A DNA stretch of 64,000 bases from Amoebophrya sp. A120 (GCA_905178155.1 CAJINV010000013.1:3220158-3284157), one strand, 5' to 3'. Shown: positions 52,301-63,919, numbered from the stretch's first letter. Translations and numbers: made by a program. Notes: generated from the letters alone by a model not told the origin.

Positions 52301-54337
52301 AGGAATCCGGTGTTCCAGGTGGAAGACCACGAAGACCCCGACACGCTGCTCCTCATGGCACCGACGGACCAAAGGTAAGCACGACTTTAAAACAAAGTCG
52401 CACTTCGTTCATCGACGTGTCGCGGGCTAGGAGTTGGTTAGACGTGAAAATGGCATGGCTGAATGAAAAAGCATTGCGTCGTGATAAGTAGATTGCCAAC
52501 CAGCATTCCTAAACAGTGAACACCATTCGCAAGTTTTCGCGAAAATAAAAAGGTGCAAAAATCAGCATACGCTGAATAAGGTAAGGACGAAAAAAAAAAA
52601 ACTGGCTGCTAAAATAATTTCAGGTACGCCGTCGACCATTCCGGGCTCCCGATTCGCGACCCACTGACTGGTGGCACCGATCTCCGATACCAGGCGCCGC
52701 TCGTGGAGAACGCCGAGGTCCCGTCGCTCGCGGAGCAGGCGGACTGGGTAAACGAGTTCAACAAGTGCGACAACGAGACGAAATCCACAAAGCTGCAGAA
52801 GGAGGCCGTGCTAGAAATATTAGAGCGCTACGAGAACGGGAAGTGCGACTTTCTATCGATCCCGCAATTGGAGGCCGCGAAGGACGTGTTGGAGCGGGCG
52901 AAAGCGATCGCCGACGCGGTGGACTGCTGGCCGCTGAACAAACGATGCCGAGGGATGATGAAACGCGTCGCGGAGCTGAAACAAGTGCAGCAGGAGCAGC
53001 TAGACGAGAAGGTCGACCTGTTGATGCGCTCCGTCGCGTCAAAGAACCCGGAACAAATCGAAGCAGCCATCGAGGAAACTATGTTTCTGAAGGAGCAGTA
53101 CCCAGTATCCGGGGTGAATTCTTGTTGCGAAGCCGAACTGGTCAAGTTGCCAAACTTGTCGCGCGGATGAGATTATAAATGCATCTGTTCCATGAAAACA
53201 TTTTTCTCATTGACAAGCACAATGAGAATGACCACAAGTTTGCAAGCTGCGCCGAGGCGGCCGGCACAAGTTTTCATTGCATATCCTGCGCTAATTGGAC
53301 GATGGCACATGGTCGCGCAAGAAGTGGTTACCGACGTGATAAGGGTACTGCAGTAGCTGTTTTCATATATGATTTCTGAGAAAATAAAGCACCCGTGATG
53401 CCATGCTAATGCATGGCGCAAAAATCGATATCGCTCATGATCGATCAGGTGAGTAGACGTAGAGACTACGTACTTCGACGTCCAAGGAAGCGGTAGTACC
53501 GTTGTACTAGAAGTTCCACAAAAATTCCACATGTCTTAAAACAACTTACTTCTGCAGAAAGCGGCAAAGAAGAAGTCCCAGGAAGAGAAAGAGGTGAAGA
53601 AGATGATGGGGCTCATTGCGGATTACGACATTGGTCCGAAGGAGATCGTCCAGGCCGTCAAAGAGAAAGACGTTCCCAAGCTTCGCGCCGGTTTGAACGT
53701 TATGCATATGGAAGAGTCTGTCACTTGTACTTATTGCCTCTTGAACTTTGACAACAAAGAAGTCAAGTGAGGATCCGCGCACCACAAGTTGAAAATATAA
53801 TGTCACCTACTTCATTTTTCACCATATTAGAATTTGCATTTTTATTCGTCTTCTTGTTCTTCATCTTCTTCTTCCACGCAAGAGGTACATACTAGTAGCA
53901 GACTTTTGCACATTTTCATACTGGCCTTCGTCTCGCCAAACACGCGGGATCCGGACACGGGGATGACATTGCTCCACCTAGCTGCGATTAACTTCGATCA
54001 GCAGGTTTTTCTCCTCTTAATCAAGAAGAAGGCGGACGTGAACCTGTTGACGTCCCCGGACTGCCACGACGTGTGGGACCTGGCCAGCAGCTACGTGCGC
54101 GGGTTCATGAAGCACAAACTGAAGCTGAAGGTGCCCACCGACCGGGTTTTCCTAGAGGACGACGAGGCCACGGTGAACTCCATGCTGATGTCTGCGGGGA
54201 GAAGTAGTGGCGGAGCAGCCGAGAGCAGCAGCAAGTCGCCGAGAAGGGGCGGTGGAGCATCCTCTTCATCTGCAGCAAAGTCTACCTCATCCCCCACAAA
54301 CGCAGGAGCCGGAAACAAGGGCAGCGCGGCAAAGTAG
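46370..54337 (+). CDS. Two-TM protein with Cys-rich sushi/CCP-like and EGF-like loop and C-terminal ankyrin repeat (exons ~46370-46754, 46966-47207, 49338-49373, 50970-51942, 52215-52374, 52624-53104, 53558-53690, ~53925-54337)
   Basis: TM VVCFGLILYLACLIPVIIM; repeats C..VC...Y.P..LEC..GNL; EGF CNGKG...CNCACEPPFVGLTCE; TM VATLSLSGLYVFFVVVVYGLYFW; ankyrin GMTLLHLAA...LLLIKKKADVN. Continuous frame only after introner removal. Confidence 0.78.
47283..49158. mobile_element. piggyBac-like non-autonomous or degenerate DNA transposon with TTAA TSD, GC-rich interior
   Basis: TTAA at 47279-47282 and 49159-49162; imperfect TIRs CGCTGGACCGCACGG / CTCTAGACTGCGCGG followed by repeated TTTCAAA motifs at both ends. 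Confidence 0.75.
48266..48460. repeat. Internal tandem repeats: ~11-bp TGACGGAATTC units, then ~30-bp TGATGACGTTTTGAAA units
   Basis: Directly visible periodicity; partial inverted copy at ~48205-48245. Confidence 0.8.
49375..50965. mobile_element. Family A introner with perfect 35-bp TIR, TSD CCCAG/CCCGG, expanded to 1591 bp by a nested insert
   Basis: TATCAAATGTAAAAATGTCTGGGTCTGGAAGAATG matches its reverse complement ending at 50965. Removal gives KFISP|GKKCNVNC. Confidence 0.92.
49530..50847 (+). mobile_element. Putative retroposed (non-LTR-type) insert with 8-bp TSD CAGCGTAG and (TAC)n tail
   Basis: CAGCGTAG at 49522-49529 and 50848-50855; (TAC)6 at 50830-50847; 35-bp tandem duplication at ~50741-50810. 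Removing it leaves a 265-bp host, the size of other family A copies. Confidence 0.65.
51944..52210. mobile_element. Family A introner, 267 bp, TSD GAAGC
   Basis: TATACATTGCAAAAATGTCCGTGTCTGGAAGG / CCTTCCAGACCCAGACATTTTTGCATTTGATA; GAAGC at 51939-51943 and 52211-52215. Removal gives GYLLEA|ELDQLEE. Confidence 0.92.
53692..53920. mobile_element. Possible highly degenerate introner before the ankyrin exon
   Basis: Eroded inverted repeat (tatgcatatggaagagtctg vs cagacttttgcacattttcata); TSD not recognisable. GT(53691)...53924 excision is in frame. Confidence 0.35.
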
Positions 54338-55403
54338 AAGTTGTACTAGAGATAAACGCCTCGTCGACCAGACTGACAGCACGACCACCTGCTCAATCTC
54401 CACTCCTGCAATGGCGGATATTAACCAGTTCTTGTGAGTAGACTGAGGGGGCGTGGTCGCAAGAACTGCGTCTTCATGCGAATGCGGCTGATCGTCCAGG
54501 GGCAGGGCCACCAGGGGACGACGGGAGCTGGAAATGTGTGGCTTTGTGGAGCAGGTCGTTGCGGAGAGTAGAAAAGGGCGCTTGGCGCGGTGGAAGACTT
54601 GGTGCGGATCAAGAACTTGTTTCCCGGCCCGCGGTCGTCTTGCACTAATCTATGCGATCCTCACAAACTGTAAGATGAACTTCCGCCCGTGCATCGGTCT
54701 GTGTGTTTGCGATCCACAAGATTCGCAGAAAATCTCGGCGCAAGCTGCAGTGCTACTTACTCTGCATGCTCTGCACTTCACGAATAAAAGAATACAGAGA
54801 TGAATGACATCAAAATAGCAAAACGTCGGAGGGACCACGAGTAAAAAGGTCGCGACGTGCCTCTCCGCAGCCTCTTGCTTTGTCTAGAGAGCTCGCGGCA
54901 GTCGCGATCTGCTCAGCAACATGAAACATTTTGTGAAACTTAGTGCACATATACTTCGGCATCGCTATCGGTTCTTCTTCTTTGGAAGAGTCAAGTCAGC
55001 GAAAAAGCGTCGGATTGGACCTTTGCGGCTCTTCTATGATCACGCGATCTTCGGTATTATATACGATGTCTACCTCCACGCTCGGTTTTTGGCAGATGAT
55101 GTTGATGTTCCTTGTTCGGTAAAATGGTTTCGGTGCTACCGTTATTTCTGTATATCTGTTTCTGTTGAGGATGAGGTAAGCACAATCATGTAGTCGCTGC
55201 TCCTCCCAGTACTTCTACTGTTATTTAAGTTTCACGACGATTTTTTTTGTCTGCCGTGCCGCGACATCAAATCGGACAGGACGCAAACAGAAAGAGAGGA
55301 CCTTCCTCGTCGATAAGAAACATATGCACAAAAGTTTTTTTTGACGGCCAAAGCATCAAACCCACATTAGTAAGCAGCGCCGTGTTAGCCGCAGCAGCGA
55401 TAA

Positions 55404-56973
55404 ATGCCGGGCCGCGCAGTATCCTCGACTCTGTTGCCGCCTCGGAAGCCGTTCCGCCTATGGACGTCGACCGGGGTAGTTGCTTTTTACGCACTCCTGA
55501 TCGCCAATAGTGCCGATGGTTTGAGCCGCTTACACCGGAGACCGAGCACTTCTAGTAAAAAAGAACAAGGGGACGACGCAGATGAAGCGGCTGGCACAAG
55601 AACTTCAACTGCAGTCGCCGGCGTAGTTGAAGGTAGCTGCGAGCCAAACAGCGCTGGGGATGCTGCACCTTTATCTGCAGATGATGACACTGGAGGAGAG
55701 CGCCATCAGGTGAGGCCCGCTACTTGTGATGGAGAAGTAAGATCGAAATATCGGCAAGTGGAAATTGGGCACCAACACCAGCAGTCAGATCAAGCAGGTG
55801 GTCCCAACCAACGTGAACGGGCGTTGCGACACTGCAAGAACCTCGGGTCAAACTTGGCGCAGATGCTTCAGAAGGAAATCAATCATCCGAGTTCTACTTG
55901 GCAGCAAGCGGCGCGAGGAAAGAGGAACAACGACGCGGTCACTGCTGCTGTATGGAACGGAAAACTGCTAGTCTGTGCGAGCAGAGGAACAAATTGTAGA
56001 CAGACAGGCACCACCGCTTGTCATGCATAAAGTATGCCGTGCCTCTAGTGCCTACGATTCATTATAGATGGCCTTGCACAGGGACCAACAGCAACACCAA
56101 GCTGCTCCTCAAGATTGCATGACAGGAACAATGAAGATGAACGAGAGCGACGCACATAGATCTTCATGATTTGTCCAACTAAAAAAAAAGCTACAACAAC
56201 TCGCTCGCAGCACAGATACCATTATTTCCACTTGATACAATCTAGTCTCCGCCGCGCAGTCCTTCATTCGAACTTGCGGACCAAACGCTGGCTCCACCAT
56301 CTCGGTCGTAATCCGCGATGTTCCTGTTAAACAAATGCCAGACCCCCGACATCCCCACAAGTTTTCCACGAAGCACCTCTACTCCTTCACTTTCACCGTC
56401 CTCGGCTACGCGGTATACCGGGAAAGCCGAGCGGTGGTGAGCACGCTGCTGAGCGCGGCGGGGAACTCCCGGCTGCCGATCGACCTGACGGGTGTGGTAG
56501 AAACACTTGACGTTCTTGATCGGAGCGCCACGGGGATTGGTGGCGGTGGAGATGATAACGATGGTCTATCATCTCCTGTGCCGTCGGCTTCCCCTACTTC
56601 CCTTCGAGGCAAAACGGTGGAAAGGATGAGGATTCGGAATTACTACGCACAGGTGGTGCTCTTCGTGTGGCACACGCTGCGGAAGGAAGTAAGCTACAAG
56701 ACTGCGCCGGTTACACCTACATCTTCCCGTTTGGGTGGAAAAGTACAAGAGAATCGAATCAACTTCGTCCAGCAAGTGGTGTATTTCGATGTTCAGACCT
56801 ACCACAATGGACGGTCCGTGCTTGTAAGCGGGACACAAGTCCACAAAGTCCCCCTTGACCTCCTGTATCAAAATCGTGGCGAGGACGAGGTGGCCGAGCC
56901 CTCAAGCAGAAAGACGAACACGATTGCCGGTCGTCGTGGTCCTGCTATAAGCGGGCGAGCGGCCGACTTGTGA
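55404..56973 (+). CDS. Hypothetical secreted protein (exons ~55404-55949, 56242-56973)
   Basis: Signal-like GVVAFYALLIANSADG; two ORFs joined in frame across a TIR element. Confidence 0.5.
55951..56237. mobile_element. Degenerate TIR introner (TATGG...TGATA)
   Basis: tatggaacggaaaactgctagtctgtgcgagc vs reverse complement of the right end tatcaagtggaaataatggtatctgtgctgcgagc; internal TGTCATGC/GCATGACA motifs; TSD diverged. Confidence 0.55.
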
Positions 56974-58111
56974 ACGAGGGGAGCTACGAAAAAGCATTAA
57001 TCATCGCATTGACTCCTTTTGAAGACGCAACTTCTGGAGCACCAATTATGACGACCATGCAGTGAATGAAATACTGATGAAGCCAAATGGGCTTATTTCC
57101 GCTTTTGCTTTCCACTTGCTGTTTGAGCAAAACTTACAGTGCATTCATCTCTTCTGTATCTGTTTTGATGTCCATGCATGCATGCACGTTCTTCGATCCT
57201 GTGATGGATCGTCATCGTTCGAGTTACGGCATTTCTATTTTTCCTTCATGCTACTCAAACACAAGTTTTATTTACATACAGTAGGAATCTCTCAATAATC
57301 AATGAGTTCGTGCATTGATTGCAATAATTGTATCTATTACCCACGTGTTTAATCGCCGTGGTAAAAAATGCATATGGTTATGCTTTGTCACATCACAACA
57401 TATTGAAGTTAGGTTTTAGTTGGGCGTGAAGTAGTCTGATCACACATTCATCGAATCAGACTCTGGGGTGCGAACTACACAGCGGCAAGAAAATGATATT
57501 CCGAGAAAAGCCAATATCTTTTCGACATGCTTTGTCTATCATAGATCAACGGATGTTGACAACGATGCAGTCGTGAAAAAGATGGAAGAGCCCTGATGCC
57601 GGATGCAGTGCGAAAGTACTGCTTCACGAAACCTATGATTTTCGGTTTCTCTCCGTTGTCGCCCATTTTTCCTTCGTCGACAAATGGAAATGAATACCTG
57701 TGTTTTAGTTTTTGTGAATTATGATCAGCAACTTTACGACGTTCTTAGTGCGACGAAAGCTGCTAGTCCGCAAGACGTGGCTTCTCCTACTTCAAATTTT
57801 TTGATTAAGTACTCCTTTTCATCGGTCAGTAACTTCTGGTATGCCTGCGGTCCCCGTCGGTTGTAGTGTAAGAGTGTGCTGCTCTAGGTTCTATTGTTGA
57901 TTCGTGTTTCCGTAGTTGAGTGTGAGAACTTGCAAACCAAGTTCTCTTTCGTGAAAGTCATTTGTTTCCTGTGGCGGACGACAGCACAAGGACATCAGGG
58001 ATCATAGGTACATACATACTGGGCCGCAAGTAACGTAAACGCTGTCTCCTGACCCTGAGAAAATAAATATCAATGACCCAACCGTAAACCGAACCAACGT
58101 AAGACTCAATT

Positions 58112-61100
58112 ATGGCCATCTGTGATGGCAGCGAGATCGCCTTGTCGGCCAATGCCCTCAGCCCTGCCGGAACCCGGTGGCGTCGTTTTTTTTCCGCGCT
58201 GCGGTTGTGGGCGTGGTACCCTCGACACGGCGAGCTGGAGCTGCGTAGGGAAGATTTAGTGCAGCCAGCGCTGGAGCATGTGGAGCATGCGAGCTCCTTT
58301 TCCAGTGCAACAGCCGTTGTGGATCATAAAAGACCTGCGAGGAATTCTGCAGAAGCAGGAGAACCTGAACCGCCCAACACGACCTCCTGCCCTCTGGGAA
58401 CCTTCGCGAGCCAGCTGTTTCTCGCTGCGGTCTCTAACGCGAACGATCCGAGTGTCACTGACTTTTTGACGGATCCAAACTCCTTCTTCCTGGCGTGGCA
58501 GGCAGTGGAAGCGCAGCAGCAGCATGGAGATCCGGGGCAGGCTACAAGTGCTGCACAAGTTCTTGTACTGGAAGGTGTCAAAGCTGCCGATAGCAGTAAG
58601 GAACGACCTGGGAGGCATGCTAAAAATGAAGGAGCTTCTACCACTTCAGAATCCCCACCTTCGTCCTCCTCCCCGTCATCTCTCGTCGACACCCTGCTGA
58701 CCCGATTTCCGGAAGACAAAAGCCTTATCCCGTGGGCGCCACTCTTCCGAGCGTTGGCAGCGCCGATAGTCGACATACTGGAGCTGCGCGATCATGACGC
58801 TGCTAGTAGTGCTCCTGATTCAGCATTTGATGAACAGCTACAGCAGACAACGCTCGCGACCGCGATTTTCTCCGGGTACCTGTGCCCAGAGGTAGAATAT
58901 ATACCCAACGATATACCCAAACCTGCGTATTTAGATTTGGTCGGTTTATTGAAAATTCCTCGATAAGTATTGAATCGTCACTCTTATCTATCCCACGAAA
59001 AAAGTGTATACAGTTACACACTTGTAGTGAATTTAGCAATGCAAATTTCTCTGCACGAGAGAGAAAACCTGCAATGCAGAAATCCTACAGGAAAATACAT
59101 ACGAAATTAGGCTCCTATGTATATCCGGCATGACAGAGCTTGTCTGTCTTGCTTGGCCTGCAACGCAATGTGTAATTGTGCAACTTTTTTTGTGCGATAT
59201 TATCCAACTCGTCGGCCCTGCTGGTAAAACGACTCAAAAACAGCAGAGCGGAGTGGTGGAATTTGCATGCTTCTTCGTCTTTGAAGGAGTTGATAAAGAC
59301 GAAAGCTTCCGCATTGAAGCGTCCCGAGGTCGCGCGCGCCTTTTCAGCTAGACGGCAACGACGGAGAACATGATGAAAACGCCGTGGCTGTTCCGAACAG
59401 CCACAGGCTTTTCGTCGCGAATGTTGTCCGTTTCTGGCAACGGCCGAACCTCCTCGGCCGCTGCCAGAAACGTGAAAAAGCGCGCTGAGAAAATTAAATT
59501 TAGCAGGTTGGGTGTTTTGACCCAACCTGCACAAACCTGCGGCGCAGGTTGGGTCAAAACACCCAACATCCTAAATTTAATTTTCTCGGCGCGCTTTTTC
59601 ACAAAATAAAATTTTCGCAACATGTTGTCCCTCAGCTGAAAATCGCAAAAAAAATCAGAATGCCCCCAAAACAAATTAACCTCCGCGCCGCGGTTCCGCC
59701 TTCGGGCCCCGCTTCTTCTTGGCCCGGGTGCCTTAGGGGTAGGCCCCCCACGTCATATTCCGACTGCCCGCGCGCTATGGTGTGTGTGTGGAGGCTGCTT
59801 GGGTTTTTCTGTGTTGTTTCACCAGGCCAGAGATGGCTACTTGATTTCATTTTTGGAACCCTTCCGGTGTTGATTGTTTTCATTTTTCGGATTAGAAATT
59901 GTCTTCCGACTTTGATTGAGACACGCAGGGAACTGATAGCTCAGCGAATGGTTGTGCCCTGGCGGTCGTGTCAGCGATGCGAGAAACTTCGTTGGCACTG
60001 AGGTGGGGAGGGGATTTGGAGGGTGTGGCGTATGTTCATATAGGTGGCGTTTCATATCAATATCTATTGAGGATTTTTCAATATTTCGAGCAAATGCAAA
60101 TACGCATGTTTGGCGAATAGTGGATCCATAGCTCGCTTCCGCAATCTTCTCCGGGTACCTGTGTCCAGAGGTAGAACTGGCAGCTCTAGGTGGTGAAATA
60201 AGCCAGCAGGAACGAGCTGAATTACAGAATTCGCATCACCATCACGTGCCAGCAAATAGAAGATACGGTGCCGGTGGCGCAGAGGAGTCGGAGTCCGTGA
60301 CTGAACTCTTCGGGAACGCTGACTACGCGTCACGCGGAGCGAAATTGTGTGCGAGAGCAAAGGCAATCGCAAATGATGTGCAGGACGATGAAATTGGTGA
60401 CGTCGGCCGCTCCAACGTAGTACCGGAACAAAAGACAGCGACTGACGCGAAAACGCAGCCTGTAGCTTCCCCATCAGTTGCCGCCCCGTCGGCGCAAACG
60501 CTTCTGCTCGACTGGATGGAACAGATCGGGGATGTTAGGAATCTTGTCTCGCGCTCTGCAGCCTTTTCAACAGGGAATGAAAGAAATGATGCAGCGCACG
60601 AAGAACAAAGGCACAGAACTCGACCAACAGGTGCAGGTCAACCTGTGCTCCCAGCTGCAAGTAGCTTGCAAAATACGCCGTATTGCTACGCAGCGTCGGA
60701 CTTTCTCGTCGATCACGAGAAGAAGTCATCTTTGTCCGGTTCTACACCAACTCGGGACCGGCACTCGGAAGCAGTAGAAGTTTCCGACAATGAATCACCT
60801 GACGAAGGCTCATTTGCGTTTGAATTTTCCGAGACAATGCGACAACGGTGGTCGGCAGGCGTGGCGACTCGACGAGAGGAACGGGACAAAGAAGCGGAAG
60901 GTGGTGGCAAAGCTACCACGACCCCGCTCATTCCGCAGGGCCCCGCGGTAGACAGCGGAGTGCTGCCCTGCGAGGCGCAATTTTTTCTGGAGAGTGTCCG
61001 GGACCAAAACTGCAACGTCATAGTCGAAACGGGCATTTTCCAGGGCAGCAGCACCGAGTACTGGTGTCAATATTTTGAAGGAGCAGGGGAAAATCCTCAA

Positions 61101-61727
61101 CGTGGCCGTGTCTTCGCTATCGATCGGGCGTTGCCGGCAGGTCGGACACCCGACAGTTACTGCACGAAAGTGGTGGAGGACGATGGAGCAAGAAGTGCAT
61201 CAAGTAGAGAAACTACGCAAACTGCTCATATTCACCAAATCCAATCCCAGCCCAACTTGCTGCGGATCTTTGAGGGTGACGCCTTCGATCTGGTTCCCAT
61301 GCTGCTCGCGCAACTGCAGCAACAGAACCGACAAGTTTTTGGAATGGACGAGGAAGTTGGAGATCATGGCGATCGACGTGAAAAATCTGTTCAAAATATA
61401 CAAGAGCATCCACTGCAGAACCGCGTCTGTCTCTTTCTCGACGGGCCCAAGGGCGCGGTGGCGGTGCGGTGGGCCGAGGAACTGTTTGTCAGGTTTGCGA
61501 ACCTGATAAAAATCATCGGCTTTCACGACATGCACGCCGAGGTGAAGACGGAGAACTACTTTGTGGAGGAAGCACGCATGAGAGAAATCCTGTCAGATGA
61601 TTCTCCTCCGCCAGCGAGGACTGGAACGAAAGACATAACCACTTCGGAGTCACCTTCACCTACTTCCACTTCTGCATCATCTCCGCCACAGCCGCACAAG
61701 AACCTAGCACGTCTCCGATTGCTATGA
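58112..61727 (+). CDS. Protein with C-terminal class I SAM-methyltransferase-like domain (Methyltransf_24/CmcI-like), split by a TIR element; 3' end uncertain
   Basis: IVETGIFQGSSTEYW, VFAIDR, IFEGDA, LFLDGPK, IIGFHD; frame continues across 58892-60131 or 58892-60170. Confidence 0.65.
58898..60130. mobile_element. 1233-bp TIR element (TATA...CCATA) flanked by a 46-bp direct repeat
   Basis: ~70-bp imperfect TIR (ccaaacctgcgtatttagatttggtcggtttattgaaaattcctc vs gaggatttttcaatatttcgagcaaatgcaaatacgcatgtttgg); direct repeat 58852-58897 / 60131-60176. Confidence 0.88.
59472..59602. repeat. Long palindrome: 59-bp arms (56/59 identical), 13-nt loop, each arm containing an inner hairpin
   Basis: gtgaaaaagcgcgctgagaaaattaaattt...acccaacctgc and its reverse complement at 59544-59602. 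Confidence 0.95.
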
Positions 61728-63271
61728 GGCAGAGAGCAACTCTTCTGAGGTACGTAGGTTTTTTTTTTCGGTTGATGCCATGCCTCGATTGGGAGCTGCT
61801 AGTATGTCAATGTCAATCCCCTGGGAAAAATCCTTCATGGCGTCGGCGGCACATGAAGAGTGTGTGATGGGTCGACCTCGACTTTTATTGCATGAGCAGA
61901 AAAAACAGCTCTTTCTTGTATACCGAGGGATCTTCGCGGAGCAGCTTCTTCCAAGTCAATATATTCTCAACGGTCGTGTACAACTAGGAATTCTAGTGCA
62001 AGAAAGTCAGTCACATTCTCACGTGTCACAAGAAAGGGTGTCTCTGCGTCTACTTCCATAGTCCGAGAAGAGTCGACATCCGACGAGATTTACAGAAGAC
62101 GGTCCTGGCAACCACGTTGTGGGTATTATGTACCCAGCGGAGAAGTAGTCGGATGAGCATGAAGCTGCAAGAACTACAAGACGAGAAGTTTTTTTATCAG
62201 CAGGAGATCACGACGTAGTGTATTTTAATATAGGTTCCTGTCATAGATTTCGCACAATTTCAACTTGTTGTACGAATCGCGGGATCTTTCTACGTTCGCA
62301 CGATGAACAAACATCAGAAACGCATAAACTGTTAGTTCTTGTTATCCAGCCGTCAAGAAGTATGCACTTCTCGCAGGTCTTGTTGTGATTCTTGACATGA
62401 TGATGACAAGATGAACTGGTGCTAGATCATCCGAAAACACACGAGTATGTTCTTTCGCGCGATACGAAACATCAAAGAGAAAGACTAACACACGGAAAAC
62501 GAAAAACGACACGAAACTATAACAGAGAGCAACAGGAGCCGCATTGCATTGACGTGCGTTTTTTTTTCCTTCATCTCAACAGCGACCTGAGGAGAGGAAA
62601 GAGAACAAGAGCAAGAGAGTAAGTAGACATAGTTTCAGTAGAATCGCCATTACATGAAAAGTGCTACTGTGCAGGGAGTTGCACAACGATAGCTGCCCGA
62701 CAGAGGGCATGACTGTCAGAGACCTTTAGGTGCTAGTGTGATCACATGTGATTGAAGTTTTGTTTTTCTGGTCCTGCCAAATAATTGGACGAGGCAGGGA
62801 CGGCGATATCGACGTGATTTAGCTTGACTTTATACAGTGCCACACACTGCATTCCTTTGAATGCTTTTATTCCAGATCCCTCAGAAAAATTTGCTTAAGC
62901 GCACCTATTGCGTCCGTTTATCAATTCAATTACTTACTCCCGCTATTTTTATTGTCGAAAAGGACAGCGAGTACTTCTTGCTATTTGTATTTGATGCAGC
63001 AGCCACTTTTATTTCAGTGTATGATATTAAAAAAGTTGAAAAGAAGTGAACACCGAGACGGCAATAAAGCTGAAAAGCGATCTTTACGGTGCCTTTTCCT
63101 ACGGGATGCACTAGTAGACCGTGCATCATCAGAGAAGCACGGGAAAGAAATTTCACTTTGATGTAGTTCCAATTTGTGTAGTTTGTTGCTTGAGGTAGTT
63201 GAGCTTGAAGCTTGTATCGGGGCTGCTTCAACATCTCCTTGTGAAGTTTAGTGCAGGACAAGGCTGCAAAA

Positions 63272-63919
63272 ATGGTTGGTTGTTGCGGGGCCACGTCGCC
63301 AAGCAAGCTGAGGATGGATGGGGAAGGCGAAGCGGCAAAGACCCCGACCACACCGGATGAGAAGAAGAAACAGGACGACGACAAAAAAGGCGTGACCTTC
63401 GACAAGGACGTAGTGTACCGGGACTCTGCCGCACCCCCACTGCAAGCCGGGATGTCCTCCCCAGATCGGGGAAGATACAGCCAGACACGGCCAAAAGCGA
63501 TACCTCAGTTCGAGACCGGGCCGGCACCAAGGCCAGCCGACGAAGTGCTGAACAACGACGAAACGGCCATCATAGTAGTGGACTTTCAGCACGATTTCAT
63601 GGGTATCCACATGGCAAAAGAGTCGCATGAAGATATTACGCACCACTGCGATAGCAGTACTGTGCTTGAAGTCGAGACGTTCTTCTTGCTTCTTTGTCGA
63701 CATTATAGACGCATCATTTAACGACACATGAAACAAAAATTTGTATTTTCAAGTTGTAGCTTTTAATTTCGCTTTATGCGGTTGCGGTGCGTCGATATTA
63801 TTCCCGATTCTTTTGCAGCGGATAAGTAAAGGGGGCAATCTAGCCGTCAGCGGCGCGGATTATGGAAAATACAAGGATGACGTCGTCGCCTTTGTTGAGA
63901 AATGCAGGGGGAAGGGAAG
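63272..63919 (+). CDS. Nicotinamidase/isochorismatase-family cysteine hydrolase, 5' part (continues past the window)
   Basis: AIIVVDFQHDFM|EGGNLAV resembles the PncA motif; a further GT donor follows at ~63920. Confidence 0.75.
63604..63824. mobile_element. Older TIR introner (TATCC...GGATA), 221 bp
   Basis: tatccacatggcaaaagagtcg...acgcacc vs reverse complement of the right end tatccgctgcaaaagaatcg...acgcacc. Confidence 0.8.

Noticed and set aside
61700-62148. Possible extra 3' exons of the methyltransferase-like gene (GAG|GTACG ... TAG|TCC...GPGNHVVGIMYP)
   Set aside because: Needs an unexplained frame change before 61727; left unresolved.
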